64,000 bases of DNA from Candidatus Zixiibacteriota bacterium (GCA_014730345.1 WJIJ01000019.1:10809-74808); one strand, 5' to 3'. Shown: positions 30,995 through 40,527, counted from the first letter of the stretch. Program-made: numbers and translations. Notes: generated by a model from the letters alone, not told the origin.

Positions 30995-32033
30995 GAGCTT
31001 TTCATTTAATAGCCCTTTGGCTCTGTTATTGGCAGGTATTTGTTTTATCTTCTACGCCGCGTCTATAAAGATCGCTGTTGCGGGAGAGGTGCATGTTCAA
31101 ATCGCTGAAATCAGTGGAAATGAGTTGATGGTAACCTGGAGCAAAGAGCAGTACAGCGGCGGGAAGGTGTCCATTTTAGTATCTGATATAGGATCCGGTC
31201 AATCCTTTAAATATAATGAAGGCGGTGATAAAGGATTTTTTATAGTTAATAACCTTAAATACGGTTTTGATTATAAGGTGACTGTCGAAATCGATATTAA
31301 TGATGATAACTTCGGCAAAACATTCAATTTAATTAAATCAAAACCATTTGAGGAAACTGTGTTTGTGGCTCAGATGAAATTATTGGTTTATAGATATGAA
31401 GTTACCAACAAGCAATATAAAGAATTTTGCGACTCAACCGGCAGAAACTATCCCCCGCCGGTTCCCTTTACCGGATTGGGGGACTATTTCACTACCCAGG
31501 GCGAATATCCGGTGGTCAAAGTTAGCTGGTACGATGCTGTAGATTTCTGCAACTGGAGAAGTAAACAACTGGGACTGACAGAATGCTATGATGATGATTA
31601 TCAATTGATACCCGGTTCTGATGGATTCCGCCTGCCGCGTATGGACGAATGGATGGATTTAGCATTTCCGGACATGGGAACACCTGGCAGAGTTTCGATC
31701 TATTCGGGAGCTTTTAATAAGGGTAGCGTTAAATCCACTTCAAGGTTCACCGAAAAAGTCGGTACCTCATCGGAGCCGAACGCGTACGGTATTTATGATA
31801 TATTCGGAAATGTGTGGGAATGGTGCCAGGATGATTATATTCCCAAAATTGAGCAGGATTTCGATGTGTCCGCCGCGGAAATGAAAAAGAATCTAAAACC
31901 GGTTTGTGGAGGAAGCTGGGCCGACAATCCCGCCAGTCTCGATTTTAAAATTAGAACCTTTAATTATCCCGATAACAGGTATTCCACGGTCGGTTTCCGT
32001 CCGGTGAGGAACACTGGTTTCGAAGTTAACTAA
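30987..32033 (+). CDS. FGE-sulfatase (SUMF1/formylglycine-generating-enzyme-like) domain protein
   Basis: 348 aa. Signal peptide and N-terminal beta-rich region of about 120 aa. FGE-sulfatase blocks EVTNKQYKEF, YPVVKVSWYDAVDFCNWRS, GFRLPRMDEWMD, GNVWEWCQDDY, GGSW...STVGFRPV. Same family as GldJ/GldK/PorK. Confidence 0.75.
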   Translation: MNKSFSFNSPLALLLAGICFIFYAASIKIAVAGEVHVQIAEISGNELMVTWSKEQYSGGKVSILVSDIGSGQSFKYNEGGDKGFFIVNNLKYGFDYKVTVEIDINDDNFGKTFNLIKSKPFEETVFVAQMKLLVYRYEVTNKQYKEFCDSTGRNYPPPVPFTGLGDYFTTQGEYPVVKVSWYDAVDFCNWRSKQLGLTECYDDDYQLIPGSDGFRLPRMDEWMDLAFPDMGTPGRVSIYSGAFNKGSVKSTSRFTEKVGTSSEPNAYGIYDIFGNVWEWCQDDYIPKIEQDFDVSAAEMKKNLKPVCGGSWADNPASLDFKIRTFNYPDNRYSTVGFRPVRNTGFEVN

Positions 32034-32052
32034 AAAGGGAGTTGAGTGCAGC

Positions 32053-32901
32053 TTGAATAAAATATTCTACGTTATTCTAATCTTAGTGTTAAGCCCTTTA
32101 ACAACTTTTGGACAGCCGCCGGTAATGCCAACCGAAGTTCCAGACGGTATGGTACTCGTGCCCGGGGGACCATTTTACTTCCTTAATACTCCCGACGGAT
32201 ACGGTTTAACGAAATATCCCGGCAATCCGGCGCGTTTGGACAGCTTTTACATAGATATTACCGAGGTGACCAATTCCCAGTATGCTGAATTTTTAAACTC
32301 CGGCAATGAAGAGTTTTACCATGATGATATGAATATCAGCAGGGATTCAATGGGCATTTTCAAATCTGATTTTGGAATGGAAGAGCACCCGGTGGTATCG
32401 GTCAGCTACAATGGAGCGAACGCCTTTGCCCGATGGGCGGGCAAAAGGCTTCCCACCGAGATGGAATGGGAAAAGGCGGCAAGAGGAAGCGCCGGCGGGG
32501 AAGATGAAAACGCTATTGGTTTCGGATATATGTTCCCCTGGGGAAATTCAGAACCGGATTCTTTGATAGCCAATTTTATCAATGGAGCGCCCTACGGATA
32601 CCCGGAGACGACCCCGGTCGGTTACTACGATGGCGAAATACATGATGGTTTTCCAACAGAGGATAATTCCTCTATATATGGCGCTTATGACATGGCCGGC
32701 AATGTATGGGAATGGACCAGCGGAAAACTGATACCATTCGCCGGGGAAACTGTCCCGGACGACGTTATTGAATTGAGGGTAGTACGCGGGGGAAGCTTCA
32801 AGGATGCCGCCATGTCTTTAAGAACCACGACTCGCTCGGGTTACAGTGATTCCACCCACATGCATAATATCGGTTTCCGGTGCGTGAAAGATTTAAGATA
32901 A
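32053..32901 (+). CDS. FGE-sulfatase domain protein (second paralogue; TTG start)
   Basis: 282 aa. Signal peptide. Complete domain: MVLVPGGPF, EVTNSQYAEF, HPVVSVSYNGANAFARWAGKRLPTEMEWEKAARG, FPWGN, GNVWEWTSG, VVRGGSF...RTTTRSGY...NIGFRCV. Confidence 0.85.
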   Translation: MNKIFYVILILVLSPLTTFGQPPVMPTEVPDGMVLVPGGPFYFLNTPDGYGLTKYPGNPARLDSFYIDITEVTNSQYAEFLNSGNEEFYHDDMNISRDSMGIFKSDFGMEEHPVVSVSYNGANAFARWAGKRLPTEMEWEKAARGSAGGEDENAIGFGYMFPWGNSEPDSLIANFINGAPYGYPETTPVGYYDGEIHDGFPTEDNSSIYGAYDMAGNVWEWTSGKLIPFAGETVPDDVIELRVVRGGSFKDAAMSLRTTTRSGYSDSTHMHNIGFRCVKDLR

Positions 32902-32909
32902 TCCTGCTT

Positions 32910-34841
32910 ATGTTTAGCAAAAGTCCTGCCGGGCATGTTATATCCCTGTTTATATTTCTCTCATCGTTGGTTCTAATAGGTTGCGGCGGTAAACCAAAAG
33001 ATAATTATACCGCTGGGGCTGACAAAATTCGTAAGCATATTACACTGACCGGGAAACAGATCAGCGACCATTCCGTCCGGCTTGATTGGGAGTTTAAAAG
33101 GGATTTTGATTCATCATCTATCTCAATTGAGATGAGGACCGGGGATGAGCTGTATTATAAAACTATTGCCGAATCCCTGAATATGTCCATATCGACATAT
33201 ACTTATGATGAAATAAAGCCCGGAGAGATATATTATTTCAGGATCAGGGAGAGTTCCAGAACGGATTTCGGGAGTATGAGCGATCCATGGATTCTGCAGT
33301 CGCTATTCTCTGCTCCAATATTGAAAGAGCCGGAAGTTTTAACTGACCATGAGGTGCGACTTGGATGGGAAGTAAATAATCCGATGGCTATTTCGGTCGA
33401 GATCGAAAGGCAGGATATTGGACTTTTTAAGCGGGTGGCAACAGTGAACGCTTCCGAGAGTAGCTGGATGGATACAACCCTCGCGTCAAATCGTGATTAT
33501 AAATATCGCGTAAGGTGTAAAGGCGAGAGGTACTATTCCTCTTACTCTGATATCGTCAACGTAAACACCCAACTGCCTCCGCCATCCGACCTGTCAATTG
33601 AAATTATTGACGGAGATAAAGTAGTGTTAAGCTGGATAGATAAAAGCGGTTGGGCTGACACCTTTTATGTTTATCGGAGGAAGATAAACGAAGACTTTCG
33701 ACATATCCAAACCCTTCCCAGTAATATGAACCGCTTTTCAGACTTCGGTCTCGAATATAACACTTCTTATCTTTACAAGCTAAAAGCCAGGTCAGCCGGA
33801 AATTTCTCGGGTTTCTCCGAGCCCGAGGACATAACCATTAAAATTAAGAAACTGGAAAAACCTGAAGCGAAACTTGTAGGCAAAAATGCTCTCGAGCTTA
33901 AGTGGAAAAAGCCAGAGTCCTTTGTAAAGGGTTACAGGATAATCAGGAAAGAAAAGGGAATAGTAGAGGATAAAATCATTGCGCAATTACCCCCGGACAG
34001 CATTTCATTTGTTGATACAACTATCGCCGCCGGGACCCGATATATCTATATCGTCAATCCGCTTTATTCTGGCGATTTGCCGGATTTATCCAACCGGGTG
34101 GAGTATTACATCCCGGATATTTCCTCGGAAATGGTGTTTATTGGCTCCGGTTCGGTTAACCGCCGTATCGATAGTCTCGGCAGTTGGTACGGCGATAAGT
34201 ATAAAAAGGTTGAAGTAAACGCGTTTTACATATCCCGGCACGAGATAACCAACCGCGAATACCAATTGTTTATCGATGAAACCGGGCATAAACCCCCTCC
34301 ATCAGCTATGTTCGAGAACATGGACAATTATTTTTACGATTATCCCGATTATCCTGTCGTAATGGTGAACTGGTATGACGCCGTGGAATATTGCAATTGG
34401 CTGAGTAAACGCATGGGTTTAGAACCGGCTTATGGAAAAAACTACAAATTTATTCAAAGCGCCAATGGATATCGTCTACCCCGCGAGAACCAATTTATTA
34501 AAATATATCAGGATATGTATGGGTTAAACGGCGTCAGCGAGGAAAACGGAAATTTTTTTGGAAACAGGGATGGTTATCCGACAACTTCGCCGGCGGGAAA
34601 ATTAACCGGCGGCGGGAAAGCGTATCCGGTCTGGGATATTGTCGGCAATGTTGCTGAATGGCTCAACGACAAAGTTATGGGAAGGGGACAGGAAATGCTG
34701 GAACTCCGCAAGATAATTGGAGGCGACTGGTCGACTTCGCAGGATGACTTTGACATCGAATTCACACTGACCCTTCTGCCATCGAACAGGTTCAATCATG
34801 TCGGGTTCCGGGTGATTCTGCCCGGTGATTATGATAAATAG
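32910..34841 (+). CDS. Lipoprotein with FN3-like repeats fused to a C-terminal FGE-sulfatase domain (third paralogue)
   Basis: Start at MFSKSPAG...LVLIGCGG (lipobox LIGC). Three to four about 90-aa repeats with a VRLxWE pattern (FN3-like). C-terminal EITNREYQLF, YPVVMVNWYDAVEYCNWLSKRMG, GYRLPRENQF, GNVAEWLND, IIGGDWS...HVGFRVI. Confidence 0.75.
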   Translation: MFSKSPAGHVISLFIFLSSLVLIGCGGKPKDNYTAGADKIRKHITLTGKQISDHSVRLDWEFKRDFDSSSISIEMRTGDELYYKTIAESLNMSISTYTYDEIKPGEIYYFRIRESSRTDFGSMSDPWILQSLFSAPILKEPEVLTDHEVRLGWEVNNPMAISVEIERQDIGLFKRVATVNASESSWMDTTLASNRDYKYRVRCKGERYYSSYSDIVNVNTQLPPPSDLSIEIIDGDKVVLSWIDKSGWADTFYVYRRKINEDFRHIQTLPSNMNRFSDFGLEYNTSYLYKLKARSAGNFSGFSEPEDITIKIKKLEKPEAKLVGKNALELKWKKPESFVKGYRIIRKEKGIVEDKIIAQLPPDSISFVDTTIAAGTRYIYIVNPLYSGDLPDLSNRVEYYIPDISSEMVFIGSGSVNRRIDSLGSWYGDKYKKVEVNAFYISRHEITNREYQLFIDETGHKPPPSAMFENMDNYFYDYPDYPVVMVNWYDAVEYCNWLSKRMGLEPAYGKNYKFIQSANGYRLPRENQFIKIYQDMYGLNGVSEENGNFFGNRDGYPTTSPAGKLTGGGKAYPVWDIVGNVAEWLNDKVMGRGQEMLELRKIIGGDWSTSQDDFDIEFTLTLLPSNRFNHVGFRVILPGDYDK

Positions 34842-34992
34842 AACCTTATAAAAAACTTGTAAATGGAGGAATAAATTAGTATGATTTTGCTGGATAAAAT
34901 ATTGAAAAATGGCCGATATTATTAATAGCTATTGAATCAAAATGCTCAATTTTTGAGTATTTGCCGGTTATTATGAAACCACGGAGCAGGTT

Positions 34993-37608
34993 ATGCCGAA
35001 ATCATTCGAGATATTCCGCGTTAAAGCAACTTTACCCGAAGAGCTTTCCAAGCTTTCTGAAATAGCATACAATCTATACTGGTCATGGAACCACGAGGCG
35101 ATTGACCTTTACCGGCGCCTTGACAGGGATCTATGGGATGACTGCGAACATAATCCTGTGCGCATGTTGGGTATGGTCAAGCAGGATGTCCTTGCCCAGG
35201 TAGCCGGCGATGAGGGTTTTATGGCCCAAATGCGCAGGGTTTACCAGGATCTGCAGGAGCACCTGACCCGGAAAACTTGGTTTGAAATTAATTACGGAAA
35301 ATTCGACACCCCGAAAATTGGCTATTTCTCCATGGAATATGGTTTGACCGAATGCCTGCATATCTATTCCGGCGGCCTCGGAATCCTCGCCGGGGATCAT
35401 TTAAAATCCGCAAGCGAACTCGGAATTCCCCTTGTGGGGGTGGGTCTGCTCTATCAACAGGGTTATTTCAGGCAATATCTCAATGCCGATGGTTGGCAAC
35501 AGGAGACATATCCGGACAATGATTTCTATAACCTGCCCCTGACACCCGAACTCGACGACGATGGTTCCCCTTTGCTTGTTGGTGTTCCATTTCCCGGGCG
35601 CACGGTTTACTGCCGTATCTGGCGAATCCAGGTGGGGCGGATACCTCTTTATTTATTGGATACCAATACTCCGGAAAACCAGTACCGCGACCGGAAGATA
35701 ACTTATCAGCTTTACGGCGGCGATGATGAAACCCGGATTCAGCAGGAGCTGGTGCTCGGTGTTGGCGGTATGCGGGCATTGCGGGAGTTGGATATTCACG
35801 TTCATGTCTGTCACATGAACGAGGGCCATGCGGCGTTTCTGGGATTCGAGCGCATGCGGCACAGGAAAGAAGTTGATAGATTAACCACCGAAGCGGCGTA
35901 CGAAGTAGTGAAGGCGGGAACTGTTTTCACTACACACACTCCGGTCCCCGCCGGAATCGATATTTTTAAACCCGCGTTAGTGGAAAAATATATTAACCGC
36001 ATGCTTGATGGGGCTAAAATAGACTTCAGCGATTTCATGTCACTGGGGCGTAAGAATCCAAAAAGCCAGGATGAACCTTTAAACATGGCTTTAATGGCAT
36101 TGCGGACAACATCTTTTGCCAACGGCGTAAGCAAACTCCATGGCGAAGTCTCACGTAAGATGTGGCAGTCCATCTGGCCTAATATCCCTTTACATGAGGT
36201 GCCAATCGGTCATGTAACCAACGGCGTCCATACTCACTCATGGATATCCAAGGAGATGTCGGAGTTGTTCACCCGGTACCTGGGGCCTAACTGGATAAAA
36301 AACCCTCACGACACCGGTATATGGAAATCGGTGGAACGTATTCCCGATGTCGAGTTATGGCGGATACATGAGAGAAGGCGCGAGAGGTTGGTGGCTTTTA
36401 CCCGCAGGCAGTTGATAGACCAGCTCAAGCGCAGGGGCGCCAGCGCGAGAGAAATCGACAGCGCTTACGAATCACTCAATCCCGAAGCCCTCACCATCGG
36501 TTTTGCCAGGAGGTTTGCCACTTATAAGAGAGCAACCCTGCTGTTAAAAGACCCCGCGAGGCTAAAAAGCATCCTCACCAATCCGGAAAGACCGGTGCAG
36601 ATAATCATTGCGGGCAAAGCGCACCCGCGGGACAACGAGGGCAAGGAATTGATACGCCAATTAATTCATTTTGCCAGGCAGGAGAATGTCCGCAAACATT
36701 TTGTTTTTATTGAGAATTACGATATGAATGTAGCCCGTTATCTCGTGGAGGGCGTTGATATATGGCTTAATAATCCGCGGCGTCCTATGGAAGCGAGCGG
36801 CACCAGCGGCATGAAAGTACTCGCCAACGGCGGATTGAACTTCAGTATTCTCGATGGCTGGTGGGTGGAAGGTTATTCAATCGATACCGGCTGGGCCATA
36901 GGCGCCGGTGAAGAATATGACGACCCCAGTTACCAGGATGAAGTCGAAAGCAAGAGCCTTTATCATGTTCTCGAAAGCGATATCGTTCCTCTTTTCTATG
37001 ATATAGGAAGCGACAGCATCCCCCGCAGGTGGATATCAAAAGTGAAAACCTCAATGGCTACCTTGTCGCAGGTCTTTGGCGCGAACCGGATGGTCAAAGA
37101 ATATACCGATAGATTCTATATGCCTGCTTATACCAATTGGAAAAATCTCTCAGCGAATAAATACGAACGCGCCCGCAAACTGATGGAATGGAAGGAATAT
37201 ATCCAGGGGCAATGGCCGATGGTGCATATTATTAAATCCAAGATGGCAAAGAAAGAAACCGAGGTCGGAACAGCCCTCAAAGTTACAGCCGTAGTCTACC
37301 TGGGTTCCCTTAAAGATGAAGATGTTAAAGTACAGATATACAGCGGACATCTCGATTCGGATTACAATGTCATCGACAGTTCGGTAGCTGACATGAAAAG
37401 CGTAGATAATCCCCAGGAAGGTCTGTATATTTTCGAGGGCTATATTCCCTGCGATGAAAGCGGTTTATTCGGTTATTCCGTCCGGGTTATGCCCCACCAT
37501 CCCGATATGACCGACCATTTTGATCTGGAAATGACCCGCTGGATCGACGAGTCGGTTAAAAAACCATTCGCTAAGGAAGCGGAAGCGATCTTAAACGCCG
37601 TTTATTAA
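34993..37608 (+). CDS. glgP: Alpha-glucan phosphorylase (GT35; maltodextrin/glycogen phosphorylase family, archaeal/bacterial short type)
   Basis: 871 aa. N-terminal WSWNHEAIDLYRRLD and YFSMEYGLTE...GGLGILAGDHLKSASE blocks. PLP-lysine region (GTSGMKVLANGG). Confidence 0.85.
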   Translation: MPKSFEIFRVKATLPEELSKLSEIAYNLYWSWNHEAIDLYRRLDRDLWDDCEHNPVRMLGMVKQDVLAQVAGDEGFMAQMRRVYQDLQEHLTRKTWFEINYGKFDTPKIGYFSMEYGLTECLHIYSGGLGILAGDHLKSASELGIPLVGVGLLYQQGYFRQYLNADGWQQETYPDNDFYNLPLTPELDDDGSPLLVGVPFPGRTVYCRIWRIQVGRIPLYLLDTNTPENQYRDRKITYQLYGGDDETRIQQELVLGVGGMRALRELDIHVHVCHMNEGHAAFLGFERMRHRKEVDRLTTEAAYEVVKAGTVFTTHTPVPAGIDIFKPALVEKYINRMLDGAKIDFSDFMSLGRKNPKSQDEPLNMALMALRTTSFANGVSKLHGEVSRKMWQSIWPNIPLHEVPIGHVTNGVHTHSWISKEMSELFTRYLGPNWIKNPHDTGIWKSVERIPDVELWRIHERRRERLVAFTRRQLIDQLKRRGASAREIDSAYESLNPEALTIGFARRFATYKRATLLLKDPARLKSILTNPERPVQIIIAGKAHPRDNEGKELIRQLIHFARQENVRKHFVFIENYDMNVARYLVEGVDIWLNNPRRPMEASGTSGMKVLANGGLNFSILDGWWVEGYSIDTGWAIGAGEEYDDPSYQDEVESKSLYHVLESDIVPLFYDIGSDSIPRRWISKVKTSMATLSQVFGANRMVKEYTDRFYMPAYTNWKNLSANKYERARKLMEWKEYIQGQWPMVHIIKSKMAKKETEVGTALKVTAVVYLGSLKDEDVKVQIYSGHLDSDYNVIDSSVADMKSVDNPQEGLYIFEGYIPCDESGLFGYSVRVMPHHPDMTDHFDLEMTRWIDESVKKPFAKEAEAILNAVY

Positions 37609-37626
37609 ATCCAATATCGCGATTGT

Positions 37627-38616
37627 CTAATCTTTTGATTCTAAATCCTCTACGCATTCTGGGCAGAGGCAATAGGAGAAATCGGCTTCGGAATGTTCCT
37701 GAATATACTCTTCCAGATTACTCCATTCCCCCTGTTTATTGCGGATTTTCTTGCATGTGGAACATATAGGTATAAGCCCGCTCAATGCCCTTATCTTTGA
37801 TAGAGCTTCCTGGAGATGTTTGATTAATTTCTCACGCTGTTCTTCGATTAACTTTGTGGAAGTGGTGTCGTAAATTACCCATATCTGACCCAGTATACTG
37901 CCTTCTTCACCCCTGATCAACGACGCGTGGTAGTCGATCAGTGTATGGTCTCCATTCCGGGAAAGAAGAGTTGTGTTCGAGATCATGTGGGGTATATACC
38001 TTTCGGCGAAAGACTTCTGTGCTGGTATTTCGATTATTTTGCGCGAGACACTGTCGATTATTTTTAAAACATCCTTTAGTTTTTTTCCAAATGCTTCGGA
38101 TGCCTTCCAACCGGTCATGACCTCCGCGGTTTGATTAATAAAATTTATATTGCCGTCGGTATCGGTTACAATAACGCCATTACCGATATTGGACAATACA
38201 TTGACCAACCAGTCATTCCTCTGGGTTAGAGCTTTGCTTTTTTTGTGCTTTCTCAAGGATATTTCTATTGTAGTATAAAGCTCTTTGGTCTCGAAGGGCT
38301 TTACCAGGTAACCGTATGGTTCTGCATCCTTGGCTTTTTCCAATGTATCATCGTCAGCATAAGCGGTTAAAAATATTACCGGGATATCATTCTCCAGGTA
38401 TATTTTTTTCGCGGCATCGATACCATTCATCCGGTCATGCAGTCTTATATCCATCAGCACCAGGTCGGGTTTCAACAGCGCCGCCTGTTTGATCGCGTCC
38501 TCAGCCGTGCTGACTATGCCCATTATTTTATATCCGAGATCTTTCAATCGCTCTTCAATATTACGGGCTACTATGATTTCATCTTCGACTATAATTATGC
38601 TTGCGTTGCCTCCCAA
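37627..38616 (-). CDS. Response regulator: REC + PAS + conserved C-terminal Cys4 (IPICSTCKKIR...CLCPEC) module
   Basis: 329 aa. REC motifs (IIIVEDE..., LVLMDIRL, K). A PAS block (VIVTDTDGNINFINQTAEVMTGW). The C-terminal CxxC...CxC/CxxC looks like a zinc-ribbon output domain. No HTH is present. Confidence 0.8.
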   Translation of the reverse strand: MGGNASIIIVEDEIIVARNIEERLKDLGYKIMGIVSTAEDAIKQAALLKPDLVLMDIRLHDRMNGIDAAKKIYLENDIPVIFLTAYADDDTLEKAKDAEPYGYLVKPFETKELYTTIEISLRKHKKSKALTQRNDWLVNVLSNIGNGVIVTDTDGNINFINQTAEVMTGWKASEAFGKKLKDVLKIIDSVSRKIIEIPAQKSFAERYIPHMISNTTLLSRNGDHTLIDYHASLIRGEEGSILGQIWVIYDTTSTKLIEEQREKLIKHLQEALSKIRALSGLIPICSTCKKIRNKQGEWSNLEEYIQEHSEADFSYCLCPECVEDLESKD

Positions 38617-38835
38617 AATTCTACTCCCTATAAGAAAAAGCGTTAGATATCCCTGTAAATACCTTCATGGTACAATTTGAAGTATTGGTATTTTCTGAAT
38701 ATCGCATATATTGTAGTATTTTTCCTCTTGTAATGAGATTATAGTATTTGTCTAACACCGTATTAATTTAATATATCCTTGCCCCTTGTGCAAGCTAAAT
38801 TATTGGCATATAACGAGTAATACTGAATTTATAAA

Positions 38836-39012
38836 GTATTTTTGCCGATTTCGGTAAAAAATTTTTGTGTAATTTAATATTTATTGAAATTCCAATTATA
38901 TAATAGCCATAATTTGGTAACATCGCGTAAGATGTCCTATTCCACAGATAAAGCATAAATCAATCCCATCTATTTATCATATTTTTATCAAAAGGTATTT
39001 GCGCCGATTTTG
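38836..39012. repeat. Direct repeat pair GTATTT(T)TGCCGATTT(C/T)G (38836-38854 and 38994-39012) inside a 481-bp AT-rich divergent intergenic region
   Basis: Two similar 18-19-nt motifs about 158 bp apart. They lie upstream of the glycosyltransferase gene and of the divergent response-regulator gene. Confidence 0.3.
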
Positions 39013-39097
39013 AATAAGTTTACCGGAGACAGTTATCAAAGTCAATGGCCGGAATTCCGATAAAAGTATTGATAAACCTCATTAGCGGGAATCTTAG

Positions 39098-40342
39098 ATG
39101 AGTTCAAAACGTACTCTTTTACTCACTCATGGCTATCCGCCGGAGAAAGGCGGATCATATAATTACTTACATCGTATCCATAAAAACCTCGCTGAAAAGT
39201 GGACTGTATTAACGGCTCGTTTTCCGGGCGACAGGGCATTTGACAGAAAGCAGTTGTTTAAAATCAAGAGGAGTTTTATTTACACGCTGTTGCTCCTATT
39301 TGATGGACGCGGCGGGGCTTTATTTCCGCTTTTAAAACCGTTGATTTGTCCTTACGTATATATTTATCAGCGGACACGATATCTTCGTTTAATAGGGCAT
39401 TTTTTAATCTTGATACGTTCTCTGCTTGAGATTATTATAGGCAGGTATGACCTGGTTATCTGCGGACATGCTTGTATGCCCATCGGGCTTGTCGGATATC
39501 TATCCAGGAAAATTCTGCGAATCCCATACATCGCGTTCGTATATGGAGAAGAGTTAACCGAGATAGAATATAAGGGACACCGGATCACCAAAAAGCTAAT
39601 GCGGAATGTGGTTATAAGCGCCGAGCGGGTCGTTGTTTGCAGTAGCGCTACCGGTGGCAGATTATTGAAGCTGGGCGTGCCCCAGAATAGGATAAAGCTG
39701 GTTTACCCTGGTGTCGATATTGAACGTTTCAAGCCTTTTAAACCCGGTTCGGAGTTCCTCGATAAACTGGGAATTAATGGCGATAAACTGATGCTATCAG
39801 TCGGCAGGCTTATCGAGAGAAAAGGTTTTGATACGGTTTTAGATTCGCTTCCGGACATAATGCGGTCTGTTGGTCCGGTAAAATATATTATTGCCGGAAA
39901 CGGACCGGACCGAAAGCGGCTGGAATTAAAAGTGAAAGAAAACGGTGTCGAAAGTTCGGTTATTTTTCTCGACGGAGTAACCGATGAAGAATTGCCCGCT
40001 CTCTACAATGCATGCGACTTATTCGTTATGCCCAACAGGATTGGCAAACAGGCCGGCGACGTTGAGGGATTCGGCATGGTATTCCTGGAAGCTTCGGCAT
40101 GCGGGAAACCGGTTATTGGCGGACGTTCGGGAGGCGCGGTGGAAGCAATCGAACACTCAAGTTCCGGTTACCTGGTTCATCCGGAATCTAAAGATGAGTT
40201 TATAACCGCCGCGGTGGATATCCTGAAAAACGGCAAGGGAACAGCCTATGGCGCTAATGGCCTTAAAAGGTGCAGAAGCCAGTTCACATGGAAACAATCT
40301 GCTGAGACCATGCGATCGGTTTTGGATAGTATTTCGATATAA
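39098..40342 (+). CDS. Glycosyltransferase family 4 (GT-B, retaining)
   Basis: 414 aa. C-terminal EGFGMVFLEASACGKPVIGG ... motif typical of GT1/GT4 sugar-nucleotide-binding domains. Confidence 0.85.
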   Translation: MSSKRTLLLTHGYPPEKGGSYNYLHRIHKNLAEKWTVLTARFPGDRAFDRKQLFKIKRSFIYTLLLLFDGRGGALFPLLKPLICPYVYIYQRTRYLRLIGHFLILIRSLLEIIIGRYDLVICGHACMPIGLVGYLSRKILRIPYIAFVYGEELTEIEYKGHRITKKLMRNVVISAERVVVCSSATGGRLLKLGVPQNRIKLVYPGVDIERFKPFKPGSEFLDKLGINGDKLMLSVGRLIERKGFDTVLDSLPDIMRSVGPVKYIIAGNGPDRKRLELKVKENGVESSVIFLDGVTDEELPALYNACDLFVMPNRIGKQAGDVEGFGMVFLEASACGKPVIGGRSGGAVEAIEHSSSGYLVHPESKDEFITAAVDILKNGKGTAYGANGLKRCRSQFTWKQSAETMRSVLDSISI

Positions 40343-40384
40343 CTGATTACCCATACTGCAATCCTTATACTGACTTCCGCGATT

Positions 40385-40423
40385 CCGGTATTATTGTCCC
40401 GCGTCATTCCGGCGAAATACCGG
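40385..40423. other. Inverted repeat CCGGTATT...AATACCGG (8-bp arms, 23-nt spacer) between convergent genes
   Basis: Perfect 8-bp arms located between the GT gene stop and the MATE gene stop. Possible bidirectional terminator or stem-loop, though there is no clear U-tract. Confidence 0.3.
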
Positions 40424-40527
40424 AGGGAGTGAAAGTTGGAATCTAATGGCCGGGGAGAGCAAATCCGTGAAAAACGGTTGGAAAGTAGTCCAGATTTATA
40501 AAGATCCATGGTTGTCCCCATAGAGTT

